From Escherichia coli (GTDB lineage Bacteria > Pseudomonadota > Gammaproteobacteria > Enterobacterales > Enterobacteriaceae): a stretch of DNA of 64,000 bases. Positions within the stretch are counted from its first letter, which is position 1, and each line of letters opens with the position of its first letter. Shown piece by piece: positions 52,232 to 64,000 of the stretch. The stretch is from assembly GCF_041886205.1 (NCBI RefSeq), contig NZ_CP169029.1. One strand, 5' to 3'. The notes under the pieces were generated by a model that was not told the origin of the DNA, made no database searches, and saw only the letters and a program-made list of their open reading frames with translations. A program made the translations under genes and the position numbers.

Positions 52232-52773
52232 GAAGGTTGTTGCCAGGCAGTTAAGTTAACTTCCAGATTATTCTTATCATCCGATAACCAGATCACACCA
52301 TCCTGAATCGTTGCCTGCAGCGTCATGGTACGATCGGCAAAGGCGCTTACTTTCGCCAGTTGTTCATCGTCCAGATACCAGACGGAAAGATTGGCAAACT
52401 GCACACATTTGCTCTGATTTTGCTGCCACCAGATTTGCGCCGCCCGACTATTATAGGTAAACAGCGCCACTTCTGCGGCCTGGGTGCAGGCTTTCTTAAT
52501 CCGCCGCTCATCCGGCAGCCCCAGCTCAATCCACAAATCAATGCCCAGGTGATCGTTACGCAGCCACGCTTCCGGCTCATCATCGGCACACAAACCACGG
52601 GTAAATTGCAGACGTTCATCAGCATATTTCAGCCACGCCAGCAAGCGCAGCATCATACGCTCCTGGGTTTCTGAAGGGTGGCGCGCCAGCGTCAGAGAGG
52701 CATCGAGAAACTGGTTGCGGTCGAGATCGGCCACATTAACCGTCGCTTTATAAATTGTCGCTTTAAGCGCCAT
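52228..52773 (-). CDS. yaeQ: YaeQ family protein
   Basis: 181 aa; overlaps arfB start; synteny. Confidence 0.9.
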   Translation of the reverse strand: MALKATIYKATVNVADLDRNQFLDASLTLARHPSETQERMMLRLLAWLKYADERLQFTRGLCADDEPEAWLRNDHLGIDLWIELGLPDERRIKKACTQAAEVALFTYNSRAAQIWWQQNQSKCVQFANLSVWYLDDEQLAKVSAFADRTMTLQATIQDGVIWLSDDKNNLEVNLTAWQQPS

Positions 52774-52938
52774 AAGAAAACTCCTTTCGAATCAGGAGGC
52801 CATTGTAACGGAATACGTGCAGTTGCGGCGCTGATATTGCAGAAATGAGTGTGGTATAGTCACCTTGCGAAACAGAGTTTATCTTCGTAGGCTTAGACTT
52901 GCATCCACGGTTAAGTCAGAGTGCTGACAGGAGGGCAT

Positions 52939-53139
52939 GTGGAAAAATATTGTGAGTTAATACGCAAGCGGTACGCGGAAATCGCCAGCGGAGACTTAGG
53001 ATACGTTCCGGACGCGCTGGGCTGCGTTTTGAAAGTGCTGAATGAAATGGCTGCCGACGACGCCCTTTCTGAGGCTGTCAGGGAAAAAGCAGCATACGCT
53101 GCGGCAAACTTACTGGTGAGCGATTATGTCAATGAATGA
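52939..53139 (+). CDS. yaeP: Small protein YaeP (UPF0253)
   Basis: 66 aa if started at GTG 52939 ([12 protein letters not shown]...); ORF track starts 18 nt upstream. Confidence 0.8.
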
Positions 53140-53386
53140 TACGTATCAACCAATCAATTGTGATGATTACGATAATCTTGAGCTAGCCTGCCAGCATCAT
53201 TTAATGCTGACACTTGAGCTGAAAGATGGCGAAAAATTGCAGGCAAAAGCCAGCGATTTAGTCTCCCGCAAAAATGTGGAGTATCTGGTCGTCGAGGCCG
53301 CTGGCGAAACCCGTGAGCTACGTCTGGATAAAATTACCAGCTTTAGCCACCCGGAAATCGGTACGGTGGTGGTGAGCGAGTCCTGA
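53132..53386 (+). CDS. rof: Rho-binding antiterminator Rof
   Basis: 84 aa from [23 protein letters not shown]...; overlaps yaeP end. Confidence 0.9.
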
Positions 53387-53394
53387 TTGACTTT

Positions 53395-53430
53395 CGCCGG
53401 ATGCGACGTTTGATGCGTCTTATCCGGCTT
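53395..53430. repeat. REP-like palindromic element between rof and tilS
   Basis: cgccggatgcgacgtttgatgcgtcttatccggc (REP consensus-like). Confidence 0.7.
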
Positions 53431-53434
53431 TCAC

Positions 53435-54733
53435 TTAACTAAGCGTTTTCTGCCAGACAAAACTTACGCCATTCTCACCTTCAGCCACACCTTCTTGCGT
53501 CACAAATACCCCTGCCGCCGCAATCAGCGTTTCGCCATAAAACAGCAGTGGCGTGGTGTCACGTAGCCACGGCGGCACGCCTAACTCTTGCCAGATTTTC
53601 TTCAGCTTACGTCCGCCGTTGCGCCCGACAATATGCAGCAATCCTGCCGCTTTGAAACGCACGCTGACCGCTTCGTCTGCACGCGGAGGGCGAATATCGA
53701 CTCCCGCAGTAAGCTGTACACTTCCCAGCCCCGCCGGTAATTCCAGCGGTTGTAGCCACGTCTGCCACGGCACAATGGTTTCGCTTTGCCCGGCAACGGA
53801 TTTAATCCACCACAGTTGCGATTGATAGCGGCGTATTTCAAACGCGCCAAAGCGTAAACAGGGGGAGGCATCTTCCCGCGCCAGCGCCACTTCCTGCCAG
53901 ATCCGCACCAGCGCGTCGCGGGAAGGCATCGGTGCATTCTGCCCTGCCAGCCAGCGGCGGATAATTGCCGCGCGACGGGCATCACTCATCGCCAGCATTG
54001 GCGCAATCTGCAGCGTCCCCTGCGGCGTTTGGCAGTGCGCTAAATCATCTGCCAGCAATTCATCCAGCAGGCTCTCTTGTTCAGCACAAAGTGCGGCGCT
54101 GCGAGCCGTTGCTTCGGCAAAATGCGGCCAACGCTGCTGCAATAACGGCACTACACGCAGGCGCAGAAAGTTACGATCGTATGAGTCGTCCTGATTACTT
54201 TCGTCTTCAATCCAGCGTAAACCATGCGCTAATGCCCACTGCTCCAGTTCCCCCCGCGTGCGGGCGAGCAACGGGCGGATAAGCCGTGTTCCGGCAAACT
54301 CCGAAACTTCCCCCATAGCCGAAAGCCCGGCAGGACCGCTACCGCGTTTTAGCGCCAGCAGAAAAGTTTCACATTGATCGTCGAGATGTTGCGCGGTGAC
54401 CAGCACTTCACCGGGCAACAAGGTGCGGGCAAATGCCTGATAACGCACCTGCCGCGCCTGGGCCTCAATCCCCAGCCCCTCTTGCGCAAGTTGTACGCGT
54501 TCGACCACCAGCGGCACCTGCCACTGTTGGCAGACGTTTTCGCAATGCGTAACCCAGGCATCGGCATTGGCACTTAAACCGTGATGCACATGAATAGCGC
54601 GCAGAGTGACGCCCGGATTTTCCGTCCGCCACTGCACCAACTGATGCAGCAGAACGGTGGAGTCAAGCCCGCCGCTAAAGGCCACCAGAATCTGGCGTGA
54701 GGTGAGAAGTTGTCTATTGAGCGTGAGTGTCAT
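53435..54733 (-). CDS. tilS: tRNA(Ile)-lysidine synthase
   Basis: 432 aa; PP-loop motif SGGLDS near N-terminus; synteny. Confidence 0.95.
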   Translation of the reverse strand: MTLTLNRQLLTSRQILVAFSGGLDSTVLLHQLVQWRTENPGVTLRAIHVHHGLSANADAWVTHCENVCQQWQVPLVVERVQLAQEGLGIEAQARQVRYQAFARTLLPGEVLVTAQHLDDQCETFLLALKRGSGPAGLSAMGEVSEFAGTRLIRPLLARTRGELEQWALAHGLRWIEDESNQDDSYDRNFLRLRVVPLLQQRWPHFAEATARSAALCAEQESLLDELLADDLAHCQTPQGTLQIAPMLAMSDARRAAIIRRWLAGQNAPMPSRDALVRIWQEVALAREDASPCLRFGAFEIRRYQSQLWWIKSVAGQSETIVPWQTWLQPLELPAGLGSVQLTAGVDIRPPRADEAVSVRFKAAGLLHIVGRNGGRKLKKIWQELGVPPWLRDTTPLLFYGETLIAAAGVFVTQEGVAEGENGVSFVWQKTLS

Positions 54734-54797
54734 GATGGTGCGATTTTACAGTAGCAATGCCCGGCACGTTACCGGGCAAATGCGGCGATGACAAGCC

Positions 54798-55187
54798 TTA
54801 CTGCTCATACAGTTCCAACGGCAGCCCGTCCGGATCGTTAAAGAAGGTGAAGCGTTTTTGCGTGTATGGATCGACACGGATGGCTTCACACTTCACGTTA
54901 TGGCTTTCAAGGTGCGCCACTGCCGCATCGATGTCATCAACGCTAAAAGCCAGATGACGCAGGCCGCAAGCTTCCGGTCGGCTGGGGCGCTCCGGCGGGA
55001 ACGGAAAAGAGAAAAGCTCAATCACATATTGCCCATTAAGCGCCAAATCCCCTTTCCACGAGTCGCGCGCTTCGCGATAGACTTCGCTTTGCAGCGTGAA
55101 ACCAAGAATATCGCAGTAGAAAGCTTTGCTCACCGCATAATCCGTCGCAATAATCGCAATATGGTGAACCTGTTTTAAACCCAGCAT
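54798..55187 (-). CDS. yaeR: Glyoxalase/VOC-family protein YaeR
   Basis: 129 aa from MLGLKQVHHIAIIATDY...; ORF track extends 9 codons upstream. Confidence 0.88.
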   Translation of the reverse strand: MLGLKQVHHIAIIATDYAVSKAFYCDILGFTLQSEVYREARDSWKGDLALNGQYVIELFSFPFPPERPSRPEACGLRHLAFSVDDIDAAVAHLESHNVKCEAIRVDPYTQKRFTFFNDPDGLPLELYEQ

Positions 55188-55243
55188 AACGTCTCCTTTA
55201 TTTGTTAACAGCACGTTACTCGCCCGGAAGCCGCTCTGGCAAG

Positions 55244-57385
55244 TTATCCCGCCATTTTTAGGACTCGTACGCGGTAAACGCCGTCTTCGTCCTGTTTCGC
55301 GCCGTGAATATCCGTTTCAAAACCGGGGTAATGTTGCCCTACGGAACAAAGCATCAGTAGAAAATCGAGTACCGTGCGGCTCTCTTTGGTCAGCATTTCT
55401 CCTGGCATCAACAGCGGTACGCCCGGTGGATAAGGCAGGATCATATTTGCCGATACTCTACCGACCAGTTGTTCCAGCGCAATGGTTTCTACTTCACCTT
55501 TAATCTGTCTCTGCCATGCCTGATGTGGCGTCATGATCATTTCCGGCAAAGTATCGAATGCCCGCAACATCAAACCGGGAAGATCGTGTTTACGAATCAG
55601 CTTATGGATCCCTTGCGCCAGATCCTGGATACGCATATTGCGGTAGAAATCGGGATCTTCAGCATAGAGATCGGGTAGCATATTTTTGATCCGCAGGTTG
55701 AGATCGTAAGAGCGTTTAAATTCCGTCAACCCACGCAATAATCCCATTGCTTTGGTTTTATCGATACCAATACTAAAGAGAAACAGCAGGTTATAAGGGC
55801 CGGTTTTCTCTACTACGATCCCACGTTCGTCGAGGAATTTTGCCACCAGCGCCGCCGGGATCCCCTCCTCGCTCATATTGCCCTGTTCGTCCATCCCCGG
55901 TGTCAAAATAGTGACTTTAACCGGATCGAGAAACATATGATCGGCATCCGCATCGTTAAAGCCGTGCCACTGTTCGCCAGGCGCAACGGGCCAGCATTCG
56001 GCTTCATCCACCTGCGGCGGTTGCCAGATATCGAAAAACCAACCGTCAGACTCTTCCCGCAACCGCTGGACCTCTTTGCGAAAATGCAGCGCCCGCTCCA
56101 CCGAACGGTTAATCAGCCGTTTGCCCGGATTACCACGCAGCATCGCCGCCGCCGTCTCAACCGAAGCAACAATGGGATAACTGGGCGAGGTGGTGGTATG
56201 CATCATAAAGGCTTCGTTAAACGCCTCTTCGTCATACTCGCCTTTAATGTGGATCAGCGAAGCCTGCGATAACGCCGCCAGCATTTTGTGGGTCGATTGC
56301 GTTTCGAAGATCACTTTTCCCGCAACACGCTCGCCGCTCATACCACTTTTCCCCTGGTAGATCGGATGAAAATGGGTGTACGGCACCCAGGCGGAATCGA
56401 AGTGGATCGACGGGACATCCAGCGTCTGTTTGATCCAGTCGGTGTTGTAGAGCAAGCCATCATAGGTGGAGTTGGTAATCACCGCATGAACCGGCCATTG
56501 TGCCTGCGTGGTGGCAGCGACTTTCTCTTCGATGCTGTCGCGAGTAAATTCACGGCGCGGGATCCCACCAAGAATCCCCAACGCATTACGCGTCGGTTTC
56601 AGCCAGACTGGCACTACATCGTTCATCATCAACAGATGCGCCAGCGATTTATGACAATTGCGGTCGATCAACAGCGTACTGCCGGATGGCGCGGCGTACA
56701 TACCCACAATTTTGTTCGACGTCGATGTTCCGTTGGTAACGATATAACTCTGTTCCGCGCCAAAAGTCCGCGCGATGTACTCTTCCGCTTCCAGGTGTGG
56801 CCCGGTGTGGTCGAGCAACGAACCAAGCTCGGTAACCGAAATAGAGACATCAGCCTTGAGGGTATTCCCGCCGAAAAAATCATAAAACAGACAGCCAACC
56901 GGGCTTTTTTGATAGGCGGTACCGCCCATATGCCCCGGCGTACAAAAGGTGTACTTCCGCTCTTTGACGTAGGTAAACAAGGCTTTCGTGAACGGCGGTG
57001 TAATGTTATCAAGATATTCGTCGGTGTACTGACGCATACGAATGGCGATATCTTCCGCCTGCCCCAGCGCATATTCAAAAAACCAGAGCGCCATCCGCAT
57101 ATCCTGCACGCTGACATCCATCGTCGAGTGGGTGTTGATGAAGGCATAAAGCGGGAGATATTCATTAAGCTGATTGATATCGCTACATAAATCGAGACTG
57201 TACTCATCCCAGTCAAAAATCACGCCGCAAATTCGAGGGTTATGTTCGATAAATTTCAGCAAATCAACGCTGTTTTGTGGCCAGATAATCTGAAAGCCTT
57301 GCGCCAGCAGCGCCGACTCCAGTTCTTTGATGGGCTCATCTTTATAAAAGACGCCATGCGGTCCCATAATGGCAATGATGTTCAT
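55244..57385 (-). CDS. ldcC: Constitutive lysine decarboxylase
   Basis: 713 aa; Orn/Lys/Arg decarboxylase family sequence incl. PLP-binding region (FETQSTHKMLAALSQASLIHIKG); synteny beside accA. Confidence 0.95.
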   Translation of the reverse strand: MNIIAIMGPHGVFYKDEPIKELESALLAQGFQIIWPQNSVDLLKFIEHNPRICGVIFDWDEYSLDLCSDINQLNEYLPLYAFINTHSTMDVSVQDMRMALWFFEYALGQAEDIAIRMRQYTDEYLDNITPPFTKALFTYVKERKYTFCTPGHMGGTAYQKSPVGCLFYDFFGGNTLKADVSISVTELGSLLDHTGPHLEAEEYIARTFGAEQSYIVTNGTSTSNKIVGMYAAPSGSTLLIDRNCHKSLAHLLMMNDVVPVWLKPTRNALGILGGIPRREFTRDSIEEKVAATTQAQWPVHAVITNSTYDGLLYNTDWIKQTLDVPSIHFDSAWVPYTHFHPIYQGKSGMSGERVAGKVIFETQSTHKMLAALSQASLIHIKGEYDEEAFNEAFMMHTTTSPSYPIVASVETAAAMLRGNPGKRLINRSVERALHFRKEVQRLREESDGWFFDIWQPPQVDEAECWPVAPGEQWHGFNDADADHMFLDPVKVTILTPGMDEQGNMSEEGIPAALVAKFLDERGIVVEKTGPYNLLFLFSIGIDKTKAMGLLRGLTEFKRSYDLNLRIKNMLPDLYAEDPDFYRNMRIQDLAQGIHKLIRKHDLPGLMLRAFDTLPEMIMTPHQAWQRQIKGEVETIALEQLVGRVSANMILPYPPGVPLLMPGEMLTKESRTVLDFLLMLCSVGQHYPGFETDIHGAKQDEDGVYRVRVLKMAG

Positions 57386-57440
57386 GTGTTCCTCCTGGAA
57401 AATCCTTCCTTAATCATAGCCTGCTCAAACCGTGGCGATA

Positions 57441-57470
57441 AAAAAGGGCCACCGAAGTGACCCTTTTTCA
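57441..57470 (-). terminator. Rho-independent terminator after accA
   Basis: Minus-strand hairpin gggtcac / gtggccc with UUCG-type tetraloop followed by T-run. Confidence 0.7.
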
Positions 57471-57483
57471 GAACTTTTGCGAA

Positions 57484-58443
57484 TTACGCGTAACCGTAGC
57501 TCATCAGGCGCTGATAACGACGATTTTTTAAATCTTCAGTGCTTAACACGTCGAGATCGGCCAGATCCGCCAACAGTTGCGCTTTCAACGATGCCGCCAT
57601 CGCTTCCGGGTTACGGTGAGCACCACCCAGCGGTTCTGGGATGATGGAGTCGATCAGTTTTAGTTCTTTCAGACGCGGAGCGATGATACCCATCGCTTCA
57701 GCCGCCAGCGGCGCTTTATCAGCGCTCTTCCACAGAATGGACGCACAACCTTCCGGCGAGATAACGGAATAGGTGCTGTATTGCAGCATATTCACTTTAT
57801 CGCCCACGCCAATCGCCAGCGCGCCGCCAGAACCACCTTCACCGATAACGGTACAAATAGTCGGTACGCTAAGGCGAGACATTTCACGCAGGTTGCGTGC
57901 AATGGCTTCAGACTGACCGCGCTCTTCTGCGCCCACGCCCGGATAAGCCCCCGGGGTGTCGATAAAGGTGATGATTGGCATCTTAAAGCGTTCAGCCATT
58001 TGCATCAGACGCAGTGCTTTGCGGTAACCTTCTGGCGCTGGCATACCAAAGTTACGGCGAATTTTTTCTTTGGTTTCACGACCTTTTTGATGACCAATGA
58101 TCATCACCGGACGACCATCGAGACGGGCGATACCACCGACGATAGCTTTATCGTCTGCATACGCGCGGTCGCCAGCCAGTTCGTCAAATTCATCAAATGC
58201 CAGGCGAACGTAATCCAGGGTATAAGGACGCTGTGGATGGCGTGCCAGTTGCGCAATCTGCCATGCACCGAGATCGGCGAAGATTTTACGTGTCAGTTCT
58301 ACGCTTTTTTCACGCAGACGATGCACTTCTTCATCGATGTTAATATCCAGTTTCTCATCCTGACGGCTAACCGCAGTCAGAGAATCGATTTTCGCTTCCA
58401 GCTCTGCAATCGGCTGTTCAAAATCAAGGAAATTCAGACTCAT
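57484..58443 (-). CDS. accA: Acetyl-CoA carboxylase carboxyltransferase alpha subunit
   Basis: 319 aa from [22 protein letters not shown]...; synteny. Confidence 0.97.
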
Positions 58444-58455
58444 AGTATTCCTGTA

Positions 58456-61400
58456 TTAGTCAAACTCCAGTTCCACCTGCTCCGAACCAATGAGGCCACG
58501 GAGATCGTTTAATAAACGATCGCTCGGAGAGACACGCCACGTCGCGCCAAAACGCAACCGCGCGCGTGCATCCGCCCTCTGATAGTAGAGATGTACTGGA
58601 ATTGTCCCAGAGCGGTGGGGTTCCAGAGACTGACGGAGTCGGTTTAAAAGCTGGTCATCAATTTGCCTGTCCGTCAGCGAGATAGCAAGCCCGCGAGCAT
58701 ATTTTTCCCGGGCTTCGTCAATATCCATCACTTCGCGAGCGGTCATTTTAAGCCCACCGCTGAAGTCATCAAAGCTGACCTGTCCGCTGACGATAAGTAT
58801 GCGGTCTTTTTCCAGCAATTGCTGGTATTTATCCAGGGCGTCAGTAAACAACATCACTTCCAGCCGCCCGGAACGGTCATCCAGCGTGCAGATACCGATA
58901 CGATTGCCGCGCTTGGTGACCATAACCCGCGCGGCAACAACGAGCCCCGCAGCCGTGATGACTTTACCACGTTCTGTCGGGTGCATGTCTTTCAGCCTTA
59001 CGCCTCCGACATAACGCTCAATCTCTTTTAAATACTGGTTGATAGGGTGTCCCGTCAGGTACAGACCTAACGTTTCACGTTCCCCATCTAATACCACCTG
59101 CTCCGGCCACGGTTGGCAGCTGGCGTAGGATTGTTCAATTTGTTCCGGCTCTTCGGCCAGCACGCCGAACATATCGGCCTGACCGATAGCTTCCGCTTTC
59201 GCGTGTTGATCTGCCGCTTTTAACGCATCGCCCAGCGAGTTCATCAGTGCCGCGCGGTGTGGCCCAAGACGGTCAAACGCCCCGGACATAATCAGTTTTT
59301 CCAGCACCCGCCGGTTTAACTTTTTGGTGTCGGTTCGGGCGCAGAGATCAAACAGTTCGCGGAAGTAGCCGCCTTTATTACGGGCTTCGATGATGGCCTC
59401 AATCGGACCTTCACCGACCCCTTTGATCGCGCCAATACCATACACGATTTCGCCGTCGTCGTTGACGTGGAAATGGTAAAGACCGGAGTTTATATCTGGT
59501 GGCAGGATTTTCAGCCCCATCCGCCAGCACTCATCCACCAGGCCCACCACCTTCTCGGTGTTGTCCATATCGGCGGTCATTACCGCCGCCATAAACTCTG
59601 CCGGATAGTGCGCTTTCAGCCATAACGTTTGATATGACACCAAAGCATAGGCCGCAGAGTGCGATTTGTTAAATCCGTAACCAGCGAATTTCTCCACCAG
59701 GTCGAAGATTTTCATCGCCAGTTCGGCGTTGATTCCGTTCTTTTCTGCACCTTCAGCAAATACAGAACGCTGCTTAGCCATCTCTTCCGGCTTTTTCTTA
59801 CCCATCGCACGACGCAGCATATCCGCGCCACCGAGGGTATAACCAGAAAGCACCTGCGCAATCTGCATGACCTGTTCCTGATACAGGATGATACCGTAGG
59901 TTGGCTCCAGTACCGGTTTCAGGCTTTCATGCTGCCACTGTACGTCCGGATAGGAGATCTCTTCGCGACCATGTTTACGGTCGATAAAGTTATCCACCAT
60001 CCCTGATTGCAACGGACCAGGGCGGAACAGTGCCACCAGTGCGATCATATCTTCGAAGCAGTCAGGTTGCAGACGCTTGATCAGGTCCTTCATGCCGCGC
60101 GATTCAAGCTGGAATACCGCCGTGGTTTCCGAGCGTTGCAGCATGTCGAAGCTTTTCTTGTCATCCAGCGGGATCGCGGCGATATCCAGCGGCGGCTCGC
60201 CATTCTTCGCCCGCCGCTTGTTGATCATCTCCAGCGCCCAGTTGATGATGGTGAGCGTACGCAAACCAAGGAAGTCGAACTTCACCAGTCCGGCGTATTC
60301 AACGTCGCTTTTATCAAACTGGGTGACCGGATGTTTGCCCTCTTCATCGCAATAAAGCGGCGCAAAATCGGTAATTTTGGTCGGCGCGATAACCACCCCA
60401 CCGGCGTGCTTACCGGCGTTACGGGTGACCCCTTCCAGTTTGCGCGCCATGTCGATCAGCGCCTTAACTTCTTCATCCGCTTCGTAGATTTCCGGCAGCT
60501 GCGGCTCGGCTTCAAACGCTTTCGCCAGCGTCATGCCAGGATCGGGCGGGATCAGTTTCGAGATACGGTCGACAAAGCCGTACGGATGCCCCAGCACGCG
60601 GCCTACGTCGCGGATCACCGCTTTCGCCGCCATCGTACCGAAGGTGATAATCTGCGATACCGCATCACGACCGTACATGTCCGCTACGTGCTCGATAACC
60701 TGGTCGCGTTTCTCCATACAGAAGTCAACGTCGAAGTCAGGCATGGAGACACGTTCCGGGTTAAGGAAACGTTCGAACAGCAGGTCAAATTCCAGCGGAT
60801 CGAGGTCGGTGATTTTCAGCGCGTAGGCCACCAGTGACCCTGCACCAGAACCACGGCCCGGCCCTACCGGTACGCCGTTATCTTTCGACCACTGGATAAA
60901 TTCCATAACGATGAGGAAGTAGCCCGGGAAGCCCATCTGGTTGATAACCTGAAGTTCAGTCTCCAGACGTTCGTCATATTCCGGGCGGCGCTTAACACGT
61001 TCTTCCTCGTCAGGGAATAAAAAGGCCAGACGCTCTTCCAGGCCCTCTTTTGCACGCTTGACCAGATAATCTTCGGTGCTCATGTCCCCGGTCGGGAACT
61101 GCGGCAGGAAGTATTCACCAAGACGCACAGTTACGTTACAGCGTTTGGCGATCTCAACGGTGTTGGCAAGGGCTTCTGGGATGTCGGCAAACAGCTCGCA
61201 CATCTCCTCTTCGCTACGCATATATTGCTGCGGCGAATAGTTACGCGGGCGTTTAGGATCGTCGAGGGTAAAGCCGTCGTGGATCGCGACGCGGATTTCG
61301 TGTGCGTCAAAGTCGCTGCTGTCGATAAAGCGCACGTCGTTGGTCGCCACGACGGGCAAACCGCGCGCTTCCGCCAGTTCCACCGCCGCGTGCAAATAGC

Positions 61401-61938
61401 TTTCTTCATCCGGCCTGCCGGTGCGGATCAGCTCGAGAAAATAGCGATCCGGGAAGTGTTCTTCATAAAACGCGACACACTCATCTACCAGCGCGCTGTT
61501 ACCACGCAAAAGACTGCGTCCGACGTCGCCCATGCGCCCGCCGGAAAGAAGGATCAACCCTTCGTTTAATTCGATAAGCCAGTCGCGATCGATGATCGGC
61601 CCGGCGGCACCGTACCCGCGCTGATACGCTTTTGAGATCAGCAACGTCAGATTCTGATAGCCGGTATTGTTCGCCGCCAGTACCGTCAGGTGGGTTAACT
61701 CATCACCCAGCAGGTCGCACTGGACATTAAAATCTGCCCCGACGATAGGCTTAATCCCTGCGCCATGTCCCGCTCCGTAGAACTTCACCAGACCGCAAAG
61801 GTTGGTGAAATCGGTGATCGCCAGTGCTGGCATACCCAACGCCGCCGCCTTTTTTACCAGCGGTGCGGTTTTGGCCAGGCCATCGATCATCGAGTAGTCG
61901 CTGTGCACCCGCAGGTGTACGAAACGTGGTTCAGACAT
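58456..61938 (-). CDS. dnaE: DNA polymerase III alpha subunit
   Basis: 1160 aa uninterrupted ORF from [23 protein letters not shown]... (PHP domain N-terminus). Confidence 0.98.
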   Translation of the reverse strand: MSEPRFVHLRVHSDYSMIDGLAKTAPLVKKAAALGMPALAITDFTNLCGLVKFYGAGHGAGIKPIVGADFNVQCDLLGDELTHLTVLAANNTGYQNLTLLISKAYQRGYGAAGPIIDRDWLIELNEGLILLSGGRMGDVGRSLLRGNSALVDECVAFYEEHFPDRYFLELIRTGRPDEESYLHAAVELAEARGLPVVATNDVRFIDSSDFDAHEIRVAIHDGFTLDDPKRPRNYSPQQYMRSEEEMCELFADIPEALANTVEIAKRCNVTVRLGEYFLPQFPTGDMSTEDYLVKRAKEGLEERLAFLFPDEEERVKRRPEYDERLETELQVINQMGFPGYFLIVMEFIQWSKDNGVPVGPGRGSGAGSLVAYALKITDLDPLEFDLLFERFLNPERVSMPDFDVDFCMEKRDQVIEHVADMYGRDAVSQIITFGTMAAKAVIRDVGRVLGHPYGFVDRISKLIPPDPGMTLAKAFEAEPQLPEIYEADEEVKALIDMARKLEGVTRNAGKHAGGVVIAPTKITDFAPLYCDEEGKHPVTQFDKSDVEYAGLVKFDFLGLRTLTIINWALEMINKRRAKNGEPPLDIAAIPLDDKKSFDMLQRSETTAVFQLESRGMKDLIKRLQPDCFEDMIALVALFRPGPLQSGMVDNFIDRKHGREEISYPDVQWQHESLKPVLEPTYGIILYQEQVMQIAQVLSGYTLGGADMLRRAMGKKKPEEMAKQRSVFAEGAEKNGINAELAMKIFDLVEKFAGYGFNKSHSAAYALVSYQTLWLKAHYPAEFMAAVMTADMDNTEKVVGLVDECWRMGLKILPPDINSGLYHFHVNDDGEIVYGIGAIKGVGEGPIEAIIEARNKGGYFRELFDLCARTDTKKLNRRVLEKLIMSGAFDRLGPHRAALMNSLGDALKAADQHAKAEAIGQADMFGVLAEEPEQIEQSYASCQPWPEQVVLDGERETLGLYLTGHPINQYLKEIERYVGGVRLKDMHPTERGKVITAAGLVVAARVMVTKRGNRIGICTLDDRSGRLEVMLFTDALDKYQQLLEKDRILIVSGQVSFDDFSGGLKMTAREVMDIDEAREKYARGLAISLTDRQIDDQLLNRLRQSLEPHRSGTIPVHLYYQRADARARLRFGATWRVSPSDRLLNDLRGLIGSEQVELEFD

Positions 61939-61974
61939 CTTCAGATTCCGGTTTACTTAATCTCGACACAAGAA

Positions 61975-62571
61975 TCAGGACGCAAGTCCCAGTGCGCGTT
62001 TGACAGGCCCAAAGCTGCGACGATGATGTTCAGTCGCGCCATATTCAGCCAGTTTTTCCAGATGAAAAGCGGTTGGATACCCTTTATGTTGGGCAAAACC
62101 ATATTGCGGGAAAACAATATCCAGCGCCGCCATTTCGGCGTCGCGCGTCACTTTCGCCAGGATAGACGCGGCACTGATTTCCGGTACGCGGCTATCGCCT
62201 TTCACCACTGCCATCGAAGGCATCGGTAATTTCGGGCAGCGGTTACCATCAATCAACACATATTCCGGCGCAATATGCAGCCCAGCGACGGCTCGCTGCA
62301 TCGCCAGCATGGTCGCATGAAGAATGTTCAGCTCGTCGATTTCGTAGGGTTCCGCGCGGCCCAGACTCCAGCTCAACGCTTTCTCTTTGATCTCTTCACA
62401 GAGCGCCAGACGACGTTTTTCGCTCAGCTTTTTGGAATCATTCAGCCCGGCAATCGGGCGCGCCGGGTCGAGAATCACCGCAGCGGTGACGACCGCGCCA
62501 ACTAACGGCCCGCGTCCGACTTCATCCACACCCGCAACCAGGTGCGTGTGCGGATAAACAAATTCGATCAT
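61975..62571 (-). CDS. rnhB: Ribonuclease HII
   Basis: 198 aa from [28 protein letters not shown]...; synteny. Confidence 0.96.
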   Translation of the reverse strand: MIEFVYPHTHLVAGVDEVGRGPLVGAVVTAAVILDPARPIAGLNDSKKLSEKRRLALCEEIKEKALSWSLGRAEPYEIDELNILHATMLAMQRAVAGLHIAPEYVLIDGNRCPKLPMPSMAVVKGDSRVPEISAASILAKVTRDAEMAALDIVFPQYGFAQHKGYPTAFHLEKLAEYGATEHHRRSFGPVKRALGLAS

Positions 62572-63716
62572 TGTGCTAACTCCAGAACGGCTTGTGCCGC
62601 CTGCTCATCGGCATTGCAGCGGATCTGCTGATGCAGTTCACGGAAGGTATCGTGCATCGCGTGGCTGGTTTTCCCGTTCGCCAACAGCGGTAACAGCGCC
62701 GCAGCCAGTTTTTGCGGCTCACACTCTTCCTGCAATAACTCTTTGACTAACTCTCTGCCCGCCAGCAGATTTGGCAGCGAGACATAATCAGTTTTCACCA
62801 GCCGCTTCGCCAACCAGAAGGTAAAAGGCTTCATGCGATATCCCACCACCATCGGGCATTTCGCCAGCATACACTCCAGGGCTGCCGTCCCCGACGCCAG
62901 TAGTGCCGCATCGCTGGCGACCATCGCCTCACGGCCCATTCCATCCAGCAAATGAACCGACAGGTCTGGCGCGACTTCAGCTTTGATGCGTTCAAACTGC
63001 TCGCGGCGTTTGGCATTCACCAGCGGCACCACGATTTCGAGATCCGGATATGTCTGGCGCAAAAGCTGGGCAGTTTTCAGGAAATCGGCACTAAGCATTT
63101 CGACTTCTGCACCACGGCTGCCCGGCAACAATGCCAGACAGTGGGCATCGTAAGGGATCCCCAGCACATCACGGGCACCATTTTTATCTGGATCTAACGG
63201 CATGGCATCAGCCATGGTATGACCGATAAAGCGGCACGGTACATTGTATTTGTCATAAAACGCTTTTTCGAAAGGCAGAAATGCGAGCACCAGATCGGTG
63301 GCTCTGCCTATTTTGAAAACGCGTTTCTGTCGCCACGCCCAGACGGATGGACTGACGTAATGAATGGTTTTGATACCCTGCTTTTTGAGGTTACCTTCAA
63401 GAGTAATATTGAAGTCGGGCGCATCAATACCAACAAAAACATCTGGCTTCAGTTCGCCAAAACGCTTTGTCAGATCGGCACGAATATGCAGTAAGCGACG
63501 CAGACGACCGAGCACTTCAACAATGCCCATCACCGCCAGTTCTTCCATTTCGTACCAGGCTTCGCAGCCTTCAGCCTGCATTCGTGGCCCGGCAACGCCA
63601 ACAAAGCGGGCGTTGGGCACACGTTCTTTCAGAGCGCGGATTAAACCGGCCCCCAGGATATCGCCGGAGGTTTCTCCGGCGACCAGGGCAATCGTTAATG
63701 GACGCTGTTCAGTCAT
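62568..63716 (-). CDS. lpxB: Lipid-A-disaccharide synthase
   Basis: 382 aa from [30 protein letters not shown]...; overlaps rnhB start. Confidence 0.96.
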   Translation of the reverse strand: MTEQRPLTIALVAGETSGDILGAGLIRALKERVPNARFVGVAGPRMQAEGCEAWYEMEELAVMGIVEVLGRLRRLLHIRADLTKRFGELKPDVFVGIDAPDFNITLEGNLKKQGIKTIHYVSPSVWAWRQKRVFKIGRATDLVLAFLPFEKAFYDKYNVPCRFIGHTMADAMPLDPDKNGARDVLGIPYDAHCLALLPGSRGAEVEMLSADFLKTAQLLRQTYPDLEIVVPLVNAKRREQFERIKAEVAPDLSVHLLDGMGREAMVASDAALLASGTAALECMLAKCPMVVGYRMKPFTFWLAKRLVKTDYVSLPNLLAGRELVKELLQEECEPQKLAAALLPLLANGKTSHAMHDTFRELHQQIRCNADEQAAQAVLELAQ

Positions 63717-64000
63717 TAACGAATCAGACCGCGCGTTGAGCGTGCAAAGAAATCGGTAAAAGCTTTCACTTCCGGATACGTTTCCGCCAGTTCAGCAATT
63801 TCCGGTTTCACTTCATCGAGCGTTTTACCGCTGCGATAAATCAGCTTATACGCATTGCGGATAGCGGTAATCGCCTCGCGGCTGAATCCGCGGCGCTTCA
63901 GCCCTTCGATATTGACACCGAACGGCGTTGCGTGGTTACCCTGCGCAATGACATAAGGAGGGACGTCCTGCGCCACACCGGAGCAACCGCCAACCATCAC
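63716..64000 (-). CDS. lpxA: UDP-N-acetylglucosamine acyltransferase, C-terminal 94 codons only (gene continues beyond window end)
   Basis: Partial minus-strand ORF ending ...[11 protein letters not shown]; hexapeptide-repeat acyltransferase C-terminus; overlaps lpxB start. Confidence 0.9.

Noticed and set aside
56288-57190. 300 aa plus-strand ORF
   Set aside because: Antisense within ldcC (713 aa intact ORF)
57781-58512. 243 aa plus-strand ORF
   Set aside because: Antisense within accA
60007-60837. 276 aa plus-strand ORF
   Set aside because: Antisense within dnaE (1160 aa intact ORF)

Overview
Enterobacterial chromosome segment (Escherichia coli / Shigella type), in two parts. Positions ~29.8-64 kb are the conserved core block lpxA-lpxB-rnhB-dnaE-accA-ldcC-yaeR-tilS-rof-yaeP-yaeQ-arfB-nlpE-yaeF-proS-tsaA-rcsF-metQ-metI-metN-gmhB-rrnH(16S-tRNAIle-tRNAAla-23S-5S)-aspU-dkgB-yafC-yafD-yafE-mltD-gloB-yafS-rnhA-dnaQ-aspV, inverted relative to the K-12 map, with every reading frame intact. 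Positions 1-29.8 kb, starting exactly at the 3' end of tRNA-Asp (aspV), are a type VI secretion system (T6SS) island: rhs, vgrG and hcp on the minus strand, a ~700 bp AT-rich divergent region, then tssB-tssC-tssE-tssF-tssG-tagH(FHA-like)-tssJ-tssK-tssL-clpV-secreted ORF-tssA-tssM-ImpA-domain gene-hcp2-303 aa transmembrane protein-121 aa membrane protein, and finally yafT next to aspV. Most island genes are split across reading frames by small indels, so they are listed as pseudogenes as sequenced; the three junctions resolved by hand all sit in homopolymer runs, so a sequencing or polishing artefact is as likely as real decay. The T6SS itself is a known system. The best candidate for something undescribed is the AT-rich hcp2-linked pair at 26.6-28.4 kb: an intact glycine-zipper membrane protein followed by a small membrane protein, plausibly an Hcp-dependent pore-forming effector and its immunity protein. 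No CRISPR array, IS element, integrase or prophage was recognised. Coordinates of frameshifted genes are approximate; all product names come from recalled motifs and synteny, with no database search run.
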